This document shows positions 8,501 through 17,865 of a stretch of DNA of 35,621 nucleotides, piece after piece. The notes under the pieces were generated by a model that worked only from the letters and a program-made list of their open reading frames with translations, was not told the origin of the DNA and ran no database searches. The translations under genes and the position numbers were made by a program. Each line of letters opens with the position of its first letter. Within the stretch, counting starts at the first letter, position 1. This stretch comes from an uncultured Bacillus sp. (lineage in GTDB: Bacteria > Bacillota > Bacilli > Bacillales > Cytobacillaceae): the NCBI GenBank assembly GCA_937902115.1, contig CALGSR010000446.1, forward strand, positions 1 to 35,621, read 5' to 3'.

Positions 8501-9929
8501 TACTCTATATTTAAAAATATGGAAAAATAAATTTATACACCAACTAAGGAGAAATCCGATATTTATCGTTTTCCCTATTTTATTTATTGCAATCATTTCC
8601 ATTGCATCGATTAAAATTACAAATGCAAACATTTTAATGATAAAAGAGGTAGGAGATAATCTAGTTGTGAATCAAATACTATCTCAAAGTCTAATGGCCT
8701 CAAATTTATTTTCGCTAATGATTGCTTTATTATTGTTCTTTATCTTTAAGGATAATTTTAATCGGTCAAATTTATTGCGGATTTTGCCGATGGCTAATTA
8801 CCAACTGCTAATGATTGAGTTATTACCATTCATCTGTTTGATAATGGGCTTTGTTTGCGCACTATACACGCCAACGTATATCTATCTATTTATCCAATCC
8901 ATGAATGAATATATTTTCCTGGATTTTCTTTTTATGACGCTCTTCCTATTAATGAATTGTAATGCGATTTTCTTTTCTTTTATAAACGTGTATTTTTTTA
9001 ATAATATTTCAGCATATATTGCGCATAAAATAAGGAAGGAGTTTCTACAGGAACTATTATTTTTTTCGATGATAATGGGGTGTGGCTATGTATACTATCA
9101 GATTTTCAAAAAGACCAATTTCTACGGAATAGTGACAAATAATATTTTTGTAGAAGGAGAGACCCTCGCAACATTATTTAATTGCCTACCGATTATTATA
9201 TTATCTGCTATTATTTTATTCCTATTTTGTATCATTAGTTTTATGCAAAAGATACCATTACAAAATGGGTCGACTGCATTTCTATTCATTCCGTTTTCGA
9301 AGTTCTTTCCTTTAAATGTTGTTGTATTAGAGTTTAAAAGAGTTGCTCGAGATTATCAACGAATTATGACCATTAACTTTTTATTTTTATGTCTTTTACT
9401 ACTCAATTGGTTCGCTCTTAAAAACCCGGAGAATAATGAATTGCTAATGATTTCGCAGTTTATCCCTATGTTTGTGATTGAAATCGTCATTTTACTTCCA
9501 TTAGTCGCTAATTCAAGGGATTATAAGAAAGAAAACCTAATTTATTTATTACCGACTAAATACGATTATTTTATTATTCTAAAATTAACATTCTATCTGG
9601 TTTTATCGCTCCTTTTAGCGGGTACTTACTTTATTCTCCATTCATTATTTGGTTTAGATCAATCTGCCATTCATTTAGCATTGTTTTTTGAAATTTTGCT
9701 CTTTACAATAATTGCTTTTCTTGTTGGAACATTTTTACCTTCTGACAAAAATTCTGGACTTCAAGAGGGACTAGGATTAATCATTTTATTTATTCTATAT
9801 TTCACTTTAACCTATACAATGAACTCTTTGGGAATTTACAAAATTGAATATTTAGTATTGCTTTGTTTCCTCCTTTTTCTCCTTTCCCCATTTGTCATTA
9901 AAAGAGTTTCAGTGGGAGTTCATAAATAA
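8493..9929 (+). CDS. Multi-pass membrane protein, probable fused ABC-2 permease (cluster 1)
   Basis: 478 aa with about 12 hydrophobic segments; mid-protein LEFKRVARD typical of ABC-2 permease halves; overlaps the ATPase stop. Confidence 0.75.
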   Translation: MHNTLYLKIWKNKFIHQLRRNPIFIVFPILFIAIISIASIKITNANILMIKEVGDNLVVNQILSQSLMASNLFSLMIALLLFFIFKDNFNRSNLLRILPMANYQLLMIELLPFICLIMGFVCALYTPTYIYLFIQSMNEYIFLDFLFMTLFLLMNCNAIFFSFINVYFFNNISAYIAHKIRKEFLQELLFFSMIMGCGYVYYQIFKKTNFYGIVTNNIFVEGETLATLFNCLPIIILSAIILFLFCIISFMQKIPLQNGSTAFLFIPFSKFFPLNVVVLEFKRVARDYQRIMTINFLFLCLLLLNWFALKNPENNELLMISQFIPMFVIEIVILLPLVANSRDYKKENLIYLLPTKYDYFIILKLTFYLVLSLLLAGTYFILHSLFGLDQSAIHLALFFEILLFTIIAFLVGTFLPSDKNSGLQEGLGLIILFILYFTLTYTMNSLGIYKIEYLVLLCFLLFLLSPFVIKRVSVGVHK

Positions 9930-9930
9930 G

Positions 9931-10428
9931 ATGATTACGGAGATAAGCCCCACGAAATTTAACATTTTTCTAGTTGCTAACGTATTTTATGGTATGAGAA
10001 ATTTTCTTGTTTTCCATTTGTTTTTTTGTTTGGCGGTATTTATGATTTTAGTCTTATTCGCAAGTTCTTCTTTAGGGAACTTATTCTTAATGATTTACGC
10101 GAACTTTATAATAAGTATGGTTTTACATAAGTTTGGACATCTCATTCCATATCTTCTGTTTACGAAATGTAGGCAATTTTTCATTATTAAGTCAAGTTTA
10201 TTCGAATTGTCGATTATTACAAAGGAAAATTCAAGGCTGCAACATGTAATCATTGCCTTTTCAGGGCCAGCAATTTGTTTATTCGTAGGGGTTGCTGTCA
10301 TACAAGCCAATCCACTAATCGGACTTGTATACTGCCTTCATATCGTGAACTATTATCCAACATTGCAAGATGGTGAAAATATACTAAAAAATATAATAAG
10401 GAGTCGAAAAAAGCATGGAAGTATTTAA
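9931..10428 (+). CDS. Small site-2/M50-like intramembrane metalloprotease with degenerate HExxH (HKFGH)
   Basis: LHKFGH, IAFSGP and NYYPTLQDG match the M50 pattern HExxH...AGP...N-x-P-x-DG. ATG at 9931 follows GGGAG. Confidence 0.7.
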   Translation: MITEISPTKFNIFLVANVFYGMRNFLVFHLFFCLAVFMILVLFASSSLGNLFLMIYANFIISMVLHKFGHLIPYLLFTKCRQFFIIKSSLFELSIITKENSRLQHVIIAFSGPAICLFVGVAVIQANPLIGLVYCLHIVNYYPTLQDGENILKNIIRSRKKHGSI

Positions 10429-10696
10429 AAAAGTATCTACAGGTTTTTTTATTTTTGTTCTTCTTTATGCGTTATTGGTTATGTTTATTCCATTGCTCTT
10501 AGATTTTATGAATATAACAATGAATGTAAAAATAAAACTATTCTCATTAGAACTTGGTGAAATTGTTAATAATTCAAAAGAAATGTATGGAATATTAACT
10601 ATTAATGGTCTCTTACTATCTGGTATAGTTGGTGCATTATTAAATATCTCATTTTATTATATGTTTAGAAGAAGAACCCACCATTCACCGCTTTGA
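10415..10696 (+). CDS. Small 2-TM protein with a beta-rich loop (immunity or accessory, possibly LlsX-like)
   Basis: 93 aa, two TM helices, RBS AGGAG, translationally coupled; counterpart of 18319-18606. Confidence 0.65.
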   Translation: MEVFKKVSTGFFIFVLLYALLVMFIPLLLDFMNITMNVKIKLFSLELGEIVNNSKEMYGILTINGLLLSGIVGALLNISFYYMFRRRTHHSPL

Positions 10697-10710
10697 AGAA
10701 GCGGTGTTTT
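10686..10710 (+). terminator. Rho-independent terminator ending cluster 1
   Basis: CACCGCTT-tgaag-AAGCGGTG-TTTT. Confidence 0.75.
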
Positions 10711-11005
10711 CTCTTATAATGACTTCTTCCACAATTGGAAAGTGATCGGTACGGGGCCTGACTTCATGATGTTGGGCTGCCTTTTCTTTTTATCTTTAGT
10801 AATCGTTCAAACGAAAGGGTATTTATATGAGAAACAATCATAACATTATAGAAAAAACCTGATATTTTATGCTTTGGATAATAAAAGATAGAATCTATAT
10901 GTTATTTTTTCGCTTTTTTATAACGTAACGTTTAAAATTGTAATATAATGTACAAAAATATATAGTATATAAAACAAAATTTTTGATGAATGGGAGGTAG
11001 GAGAT

Positions 11006-12226
11006 ATGGTTAGGCATTTATATAAAATTTTTAGAGAAAAGGAACGTTTAGAATTCGATCATATTTTTAAAGAAAGACAGAATTATGAAAGTTTGATGAA
11101 ACTTCCGTTTAAAATAAAACCATTAGATCAACCTGAAAATTTCACACTGTATTATATACCGACTCAAAATATCATTGAACTTATTGTTAAGATTTATAAA
11201 CAAGATAACCAATTATTGAAACTAAGTAGTGAGTTGCCGTCAATTGCGAAAAAAAATCTAATTTTAGAATTGTTGGTTGATGAACTGCACAATACAAATG
11301 ATTTAGAAGGTGTAAGAAGTACAAAAGAAGAAATCATTAGAAGTGCGAGAGAAGTAGAGGCAAGTCCGGATAAAAAGACTAATCACAGATTCAGCAGCAT
11401 GGTTTCTACTTATTACAATTTACTCAGGGATGAAAAAGTAGTGATAAATGAACCGAGAGATATCAGGGAAATTTATGATGACATTACGGAAGATGAAATA
11501 GAAAAGAATGAGATTCCTGATGGTAAAATGTTTAGAGTTGATACCACTTACGTTTATAAGAAAAGCGGATCAGGGAAAGTAATTCATAGAGGAATTACTC
11601 CTGAAGATAAAATTATCGAGGCAATTGAACAATTGATCAATTTTATGAATGAGGGAGATTTTCCTTTTTTGATAAAAATCGCTGTTGGACATTATTATTT
11701 TGGATATATACACCCTTTTTACGATGGCAATGGAAGAACATCTAGATTTATAAGCAGCTTATATCTTAATAATGAGTGTAGTGAATTAACTGCTCTTTCT
11801 TTATCAAGAGGATGTAATAATTTTAGAAGTAAATATTTACATTCGTTCGAAATAGCTAATAGCTTTGCTAACAGAGGTGAAATGAATAACTTTATTGAAA
11901 ATTTTTTAGCAATCATTTCTGAAACTCAACAGGAAATGATTTTACAGGTTAAGGAAAAAGTACATTTATTTGATAATCTTTGGGAAATACTTGATAGCGA
12001 CCACCGACTGGATGAACGTTGTAAAGGAATTATGTTTATATTAGCTCAGAATTATTATTTTGCACTTGATGAAAAAGGATTAACAGTTAGGGAATTAGCC
12101 GAAATTACCAAGAAATCCTCACAGTACATTAGGAGTATTTTAAAAGAGTTAGGCAACTATGACATAATCAGTCAAAGAGGAGAACGTCCAATTATTTATT
12201 CAATTAGCGAAAAGTATTTTGATTAA
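11006..12226 (+). CDS. Fic-family protein with C-terminal winged HTH
   Basis: HPFYDGNGRTSR, inhibitory motif TNDLEG, C-terminal LTVRELAEITKKS..IRSILKEL; RBS GGAGG. Confidence 0.93.
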   Translation: MVRHLYKIFREKERLEFDHIFKERQNYESLMKLPFKIKPLDQPENFTLYYIPTQNIIELIVKIYKQDNQLLKLSSELPSIAKKNLILELLVDELHNTNDLEGVRSTKEEIIRSAREVEASPDKKTNHRFSSMVSTYYNLLRDEKVVINEPRDIREIYDDITEDEIEKNEIPDGKMFRVDTTYVYKKSGSGKVIHRGITPEDKIIEAIEQLINFMNEGDFPFLIKIAVGHYYFGYIHPFYDGNGRTSRFISSLYLNNECSELTALSLSRGCNNFRSKYLHSFEIANSFANRGEMNNFIENFLAIISETQQEMILQVKEKVHLFDNLWEILDSDHRLDERCKGIMFILAQNYYFALDEKGLTVRELAEITKKSSQYIRSILKELGNYDIISQRGERPIIYSISEKYFD

Positions 12227-12316
12227 TATTACACTCCTTCTCAATTGGAAAGCAAGTAAGCCCTAGAATACAGTTAATGAGTTCTCTTCGGAGTGGGGAC
12301 TGGATAAATAATCTAA

Positions 12317-12348
12317 AAAGCCCCTTACTCTTTTGAGTTTGGGGCTTT
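12317..12348. terminator. Hairpin terminator after the second Fic gene
   Basis: AAAGCCCC..ACTC-tttt-GAGT..GGGGCTTT. Confidence 0.65.
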
Positions 12349-12552
12349 AAGGAATTTTAAGTCTCAATTTATTTCTGGACAGGGAAATTATTAAATCGAT
12401 AGTACTCGTATTCAGCTCTTAAAACAATATTAATCGAATTCGTTTCTACTGGTTTATGGAAAAAAATATATGAAATGAAAAAGATGACTAATAAGAAGCT
12501 GCTATGGCCTTTGATGTTTTCGATGGTGGACTCTACGCGAAAGGGGTATAAA

Positions 12553-13688
12553 ATGGGATTAAATAAAGATAAGAGCCAAAGGAATAAAATTACAGGAATA
12601 GTTACATTAAAGGAGGGGCTATCCGCCTTGAAAGCCGCTGAACTTCATGACATCCGGAAAAATCTGCAAATCGGAAATATAAGCTCCTTAAAAAAGCGGA
12701 GTTAATTCAATATTTGGCTGAAGCAATTCCTTACATATTGAGCGATATTATCAGACAGTTCGATGAGCAGCGATTATTACTAATAAAAAGTATCATTGCC
12801 AATAATGGTGTCATTAGTGTAAAGAATGTAGAAATTGAGGCGATGGAGTATTTCGATAAAACCGGCTTTATGTTTACTAGTTTTCAGAATGACAATCTAC
12901 TCGTTATGATTCCTTTGGACTTATTGCCTGCTCTAGAAGGGATCGTTCGGGATGAAAAGATACTTGCAGAGGTTAAGCGGAATACGGAATGGATCAAGAT
13001 CACCCGCGGGTTACTCTATTATTATGGAACAGTGCCGTATGATAGGTTAGTGGATTTAGTTGAGAAATATACGCCTATTCATCCAAGTTATCTTGCCTTT
13101 AATCATGTCATTTTTGATGCGATGGAGTACTACCAGGAAATATATATTGATAAGTACGGTTATTCCTATTGGGAAGTGATGGAGCCTTTGGCGGTTTTAG
13201 AAGGGCAGGCCTCGAGAAATAATATTGACTACTATCCCTTTGCGAAGAAACAGCTCCTTGAAGCGGGCGAAATTTACTTTGTGGAGCGTCCAAAGGGTTC
13301 TATAAAACTACTAACGCTATTTACGCAGGAGTATCGGATGCCAAAACAAGAGGCGATAGAGCTTATTGAAACTTGTATCATGCAGGTGAAATTAGGCGAT
13401 CAACCTGGTCAACTTCATCAATTTTTACAAACGCAACTGACATTCGATAGCTTAGAAGCTATTCAGAGACTGACGGATGCTGTTATTGTTCTTATGAATA
13501 ATACAAGGGAATGGTATTTAAAGGGATATACCTCAGTAGGGTTATCCGCCCAAGAGAAGAAGTCATTATTGCCACTGCCTAATAAAAAAGGAGAGGTTGT
13601 TAATCTCCAAACCCGGCAAAAGATAGGCAGAAACGACCCTTGTCCATGTGGGAGCGGGAAGAAATTTAAAAAATGCTGTGGGAATTGA
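12553..13688 (+). pseudogene. SEC-C motif protein split by a -1 frameshift at A_AAA_AAG (12690-12696)
   Basis: RBS AAGGGG before ATG 12553. A -1 shift joins ...ISSLKK to [12 protein letters not shown]..., giving a Rho-N-like SSLKKAELI motif. C-terminus [21 protein letters not shown]. Confidence 0.75.
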
Positions 13689-13828
13689 AAATCTTATATT
13701 GGGGTACCTGCACTTGTCGAATTTTCCCCTGGGTACATTATTTATTAGGTACATTTGTTTTGGTATGTAAAGGAGCAAAGTTACTACCCACTTTATATTT
13801 TTCAATATAGTAAAAAGGATGATACAGT

Positions 13829-14128
13829 GTGGCAACAAAAAGAGATGCAGAGGCATGGGCAACGGCAAAAAAACGCTGCCGTTTAAATGAGGCGGATATA
13901 CAAATGGCAAAGGAATTAGGCATGACACCAAAGAATTTAATTAAAAATATCCCTGCTTCTAACCAACAATGGAAAGCTCCCGTAAAGGTATGGATTCGTA
14001 ATTTATATGAGGAGAAGTTTAATCGGGTTCTGACAGTTAAAGCTGTTCCTGGTGTAGAAACAAAAAGTAAAGCCAAAAGGAAAGAAAAACCGATCAAGGG
14101 GATTGTTGAGGATGACTTGCCGTTTTGA
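13829..14128 (+). CDS. Hypothetical basic protein, 99 aa
   Basis: RBS AAAGGA, GTG start, protein-like sequence (AKELGMTP..WKAPV..WI) ending in DDLPF. Confidence 0.75.
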   Translation: MATKRDAEAWATAKKRCRLNEADIQMAKELGMTPKNLIKNIPASNQQWKAPVKVWIRNLYEEKFNRVLTVKAVPGVETKSKAKRKEKPIKGIVEDDLPF

Positions 14129-14408
14129 CGCCGAGCGGGGTAAACAAAATCTTGATATGAGTTATTTAAAAGATCGTAATAGGAAAATGATCTATAGGAG
14201 AGGTTAATGGACCAAAAACCAAGGAAATTGTCAGGAAAACGGTCCAATGAAGGAATTCTTAAGGAATACTTAATAAAAAAAGGGGGTACTATTGGATATA
14301 ATTGTAAACGGGATAATGAAAGGAGAGATCTATAGTTTTCTAGATATCCAAAAAGAGCAAAAAACAGCTAATGTGTATGCAAGTAAAAGAGTTCTGGAGG
14401 GAAAATGC

Positions 14409-15302
14409 TTGAAAAAAGTGGTGATAGGTATTGTGGGGTGCCTGCTGCTTATTATGTTGTATGTAGCAGGTACATTTGTTTATCAGTCTACATTTGCCAG
14501 GGAGAAAATAGATGAAGAGAAAACAATTGAGCTAGGTCAGATTAAGTCTATCGATGTTAGAACGTCTTCTGCAAATATTAGGGTCTTATCAAATACAACC
14601 GATCAAATAAAGATTAATGTGGATGGAGAAATGAATAAAAAGCTTAAAGAGCAATATCAACTGATTGTAGAAGAAGTGAATGGTCAATTAGTCATTGAAT
14701 ATCTTGCAAATGAAAATACGGTTGGGATTAAGTTTGGGAGCGAAAATGATATCACGATAAGCATTCTTTTACCGGAAAAGGATTATCAAAGATTTAATAT
14801 GGTAACATCTTCGGGAAATATCGAAGTGGAGAATCTGGTTGCAGATAATATAGAGATAACTACAACTTCCGGCTCTCAATCACTGATTGATTCTGAAATA
14901 AAGGGAGATGCTATGATTCAATCAACTAGTGGTGATATCGTATGGGAAAGTAGTATACTAACAGCATTTCAGGTCAATACAACGAGCGGAAAGGTCAAAA
15001 CCAAGGCCTTGGCCGCAAAAAATGGACGAATTGAAACAACTTCTGGTAATGTCACATTAAATATGGGAAGTGAGATGGAAGAAATACAAATAGAAACGAC
15101 AAGTGGGGATGTTGCGGTAGATTACGAAAAAAATCCAGACTCGCTTAAATTAACCTTTGCTGGAAGCTCAGGGAAATCAGATATTAATTTGCCTGGTATG
15201 ATGTACGATGAAGAGAGTGAAAATTCAGCCATTGGGGTGCTTGGAGATGGTTCAAATATATTGGATGTAAAAACGACTTCGGGGGATTTAGTCGTCCATT
15301 AA
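14409..15302 (+). CDS. DUF4097/LiaG-like membrane-anchored beta-repeat protein
   Basis: TTG start after GGAGG; N-terminal TM; many T(T/S)SG(D/N)(I/V) repeats. Confidence 0.85.
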   Translation: MKKVVIGIVGCLLLIMLYVAGTFVYQSTFAREKIDEEKTIELGQIKSIDVRTSSANIRVLSNTTDQIKINVDGEMNKKLKEQYQLIVEEVNGQLVIEYLANENTVGIKFGSENDITISILLPEKDYQRFNMVTSSGNIEVENLVADNIEITTTSGSQSLIDSEIKGDAMIQSTSGDIVWESSILTAFQVNTTSGKVKTKALAAKNGRIETTSGNVTLNMGSEMEEIQIETTSGDVAVDYEKNPDSLKLTFAGSSGKSDINLPGMMYDEESENSAIGVLGDGSNILDVKTTSGDLVVH

Positions 15303-15423
15303 ATGGTTCGGACATCTTTTTATAGATAAGACTGTACAATTAAAGTAAAATGAGTGAGTAGGGGTGGAAATAAATTCCACACCCTTGCTTGCACGATAAT
15401 CTTGTAAAGATGGAGGCGTTAAT

Positions 15424-15744
15424 ATGTTTGGTTCCCCTTTTCAGTACTTTACGATCGATCCAATTACCAACTGGTCTAGATTTTTTAACTTCACCATTAA
15501 CAACAACTATGATGATCATGAAATAGAAGAATATGTGTTAAGAAGAGTTGGAAGCTATGGAAAACAAATTGGAAAAATGATGGATGTCATTGGAATTCTT
15601 CTTGATGCACTGCCGCAGGAAACGTTGGAGAATCTTACCGAAGAACAGAAGGGAAAAATACGCGATCTCCAAGTGTTGTATCACAATGTTGAGGATGCAA
15701 AAGGTCATTATAAAAAGACACATTATCCTCCATCTTGTCAGTAG
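15424..15744 (+). CDS. Hypothetical protein, 106 aa
   Basis: RBS GGAGG and a plausible helical sequence; family not recognised. Confidence 0.7.
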   Translation: MFGSPFQYFTIDPITNWSRFFNFTINNNYDDHEIEEYVLRRVGSYGKQIGKMMDVIGILLDALPQETLENLTEEQKGKIRDLQVLYHNVEDAKGHYKKTHYPPSCQ

Positions 15745-15811
15745 TTTTGTGTGGATCCGCTATTGAGTTTGTGAATAAAAGCTGTAATTGTTGCTTTTTG
15801 TTTTGCCAAAA

Positions 15812-15853
15812 GAGGTCTCTCGTGAGTTCAGTGAACTTTATGGGAGGCTTTTT
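15812..15853. terminator. Hairpin of the 1891 palindrome family
   Basis: GAGGTCTCTCGTGAGTTC-agt-GAACTTTATGGGAGGCTTTTT. Confidence 0.6.
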
Positions 15854-15965
15854 AATATTATCATAACCTAGTTAATTATCGATTTCGGTAGGTGACAGCG
15901 CCTAAGCTCTACATATAATTTCTGAGTGACTAGGCACTTCTGAACAAGTTTTCGCCAAGCATACG

Positions 15966-16030
15966 TGGGACAATGAACCCGTCCCCTTGTCCCTAAGAAT
16001 AATTGGGACAATGAACTTGGAACCTTGCCC
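15966..16030. repeat. REP-like palindrome with a degenerate tandem copy
   Basis: TGGGACAATGAAC at 15966 and 16004 (38 bp apart); the first copy folds as GGGACAA...TTGTCCC. Confidence 0.6.
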
Positions 16031-16172
16031 TTAAAGTAAGAATAATTAAAGTGTTAAAATTACATTATATTGTTAATATTTGGTAAAATACATTTACTAG
16101 GATGGCAAGATATGTAATATTCTAAAGTGATAGAAGGTTATGAAAGAATAGAAGGCGAGGAGAGATAAGAAA

Positions 16173-16439
16173 ATGAGTTTATCGTTAGAGAATACACTTA
16201 TTCTACTTTACACACGAGTACTTTTATTTATTGGAAACGTAAAAGAAAGTTTGGTAAAACAGAGTGATAATCAAAAGTTAAAATTATTTGCTGGTCCACT
16301 TGTATTCATTGTAGTTGTTATTGCAGTTGTATTTGTGGCATGGGCACTTGGTCAAACGATTTGCTGGGCAACAACAGGCAAGGACTTTGTATTCGCTACA
16401 AAGTTAAAAGAAGGAGAATTCCGTTTAGGTTGTCAATAA
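16173..16439 (+). CDS. Putative bacteriocin precursor: leader, TM helix and Cys-x22-Cys tail (cluster 2)
   Basis: RBS GAGGAG; 88 aa; TM PLVFIVVVIAVVFVAWALG; tail CWATTGKDF...KEGEFRLGC. Confidence 0.7.
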   Translation: MSLSLENTLILLYTRVLLFIGNVKESLVKQSDNQKLKLFAGPLVFIVVVIAVVFVAWALGQTICWATTGKDFVFATKLKEGEFRLGCQ

Positions 16440-16485
16440 TAAACTAAAACCTTTCATAACCTTCTGTTCTCTTAATGGATTTGGA

Positions 16486-17865
16486 GTGGAAAAGATGGTA
16501 AGAGACTTCATTTTATTGTTAACGGTCTTATTGTATAAAGTAAAGAATCGAATCCTAATATTTGCATCACAAAGGCCAGAAGTGTTTTTTTCGTTTTTAC
16601 TCATCGTATTGGTAGGAGGAAGTGCGGCTCTATTCCTTCCAATGTTGCTAGATTTTCAAGTCGAGATGACAGAGGAACAGTTTCCTAGAATATCTTATAC
16701 TTTTATCACGGCTTCCCTGTTTCCTTTTATTGTTTGGGTATTAAGACAGAACCATGAAGAAACACAGTCTTTCACGATATTGGACTACATGTATCGAGGG
16801 TATTTTGTTTATTTTAAGTCTGTATTTCAGTATATAGCCCCTGCTTTTTTGTCTTTTGTTTTTCTTTATCTGATCCTATCCATCTATTCAAATCTATCAA
16901 TCTTGTATTCTTTGCTATTCTGGCATATTGTGGGTTTAAGTATTATGGTGATCAGTTATTCTTTCGCATTATTGATAAACAACAAGGGAATAGACTGGAG
17001 GCTTATTAAACATTCTCATACTTTTTTAAAAACTGTAGTCGTGATTTTAGTTTTACTTATTATGATGCTTCCGTTTCATAAAGGATTAGGTACACTATGG
17101 TTATCCAAATCTGTGCCTTTTGAATTCTTAATAGTTTTATTTATAGGGTTAATGTGCTTGTATATTTTTCTTATTTCTCAAAAAGTTCGATTTGGAAAGG
17201 GACACGATGGGCTGGAAAGCAGCCGCACTCGATTTAAAGACCAGGACTCTATTTATTCCTTTCTTCTATTGGTAGATAGTGGGAAGGTATTCCTTTTTCA
17301 TTTCTTATCGATCTTATTTTTGTTCATTTTATCTTTGATTACCGAACAGCCTTTTGTTATGATGGAACTTTTTCAGATTATTATCATTATAGGAAACATC
17401 GGTTTGATCTTTCATAAAGTAGAAAAAGTAGCAAGGCCGTTATATGCATTACGCGCTTCTAATTTTACCTTTTCCATATGGCTTTTACACTTTTATGTAC
17501 TGATTTCGATTGTATCCGTTCTGATCTTTTACATTTTGATTTCTATATCTAGTGAGTATTCCTTATTCTTTTTATTAGAGAATACGGAACCTCTCGTGAG
17601 CGGAATCGTTCTTTATTTTTGTATTTTCTTATCCATTGTGGTGAGTTACTTATTCGGTGACTATTTTGGACCAATTGTTCAATCAATTTCTAGTGGGGTC
17701 ATTTTAATTATTAGCTATAAAATTGTCCCTGAGATTTTCCTTAGAGTAACGATGATTCACAACATTTTTTTAGAAGGGGTTGTATGGTTATTCCTTGTGT
17801 GTGTCATGTTTCTTATTAAATGGCTGACCATACAAGATTATAGTAAATATGACTTTACTGCGTAG
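16486..17865 (+). CDS. Multi-pass membrane protein, probable permease (cluster 2)
   Basis: 459 aa with about 12 hydrophobic segments in two halves; same size class as 8493-9929. Confidence 0.75.
   Translation: MEKMVRDFILLLTVLLYKVKNRILIFASQRPEVFFSFLLIVLVGGSAALFLPMLLDFQVEMTEEQFPRISYTFITASLFPFIVWVLRQNHEETQSFTILDYMYRGYFVYFKSVFQYIAPAFLSFVFLYLILSIYSNLSILYSLLFWHIVGLSIMVISYSFALLINNKGIDWRLIKHSHTFLKTVVVILVLLIMMLPFHKGLGTLWLSKSVPFEFLIVLFIGLMCLYIFLISQKVRFGKGHDGLESSRTRFKDQDSIYSFLLLVDSGKVFLFHFLSILFLFILSLITEQPFVMMELFQIIIIIGNIGLIFHKVEKVARPLYALRASNFTFSIWLLHFYVLISIVSVLIFYILISISSEYSLFFLLENTEPLVSGIVLYFCIFLSIVVSYLFGDYFGPIVQSISSGVILIISYKIVPEIFLRVTMIHNIFLEGVVWLFLVCVMFLIKWLTIQDYSKYDFTA

Noticed and set aside
14207-14335. 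~42-codon ORF with an RBS-like GGAGAGG upstream of the DUF4097 gene
   Set aside because: No recognisable features and it overlaps the probable promoter region; coding status cannot be supported.
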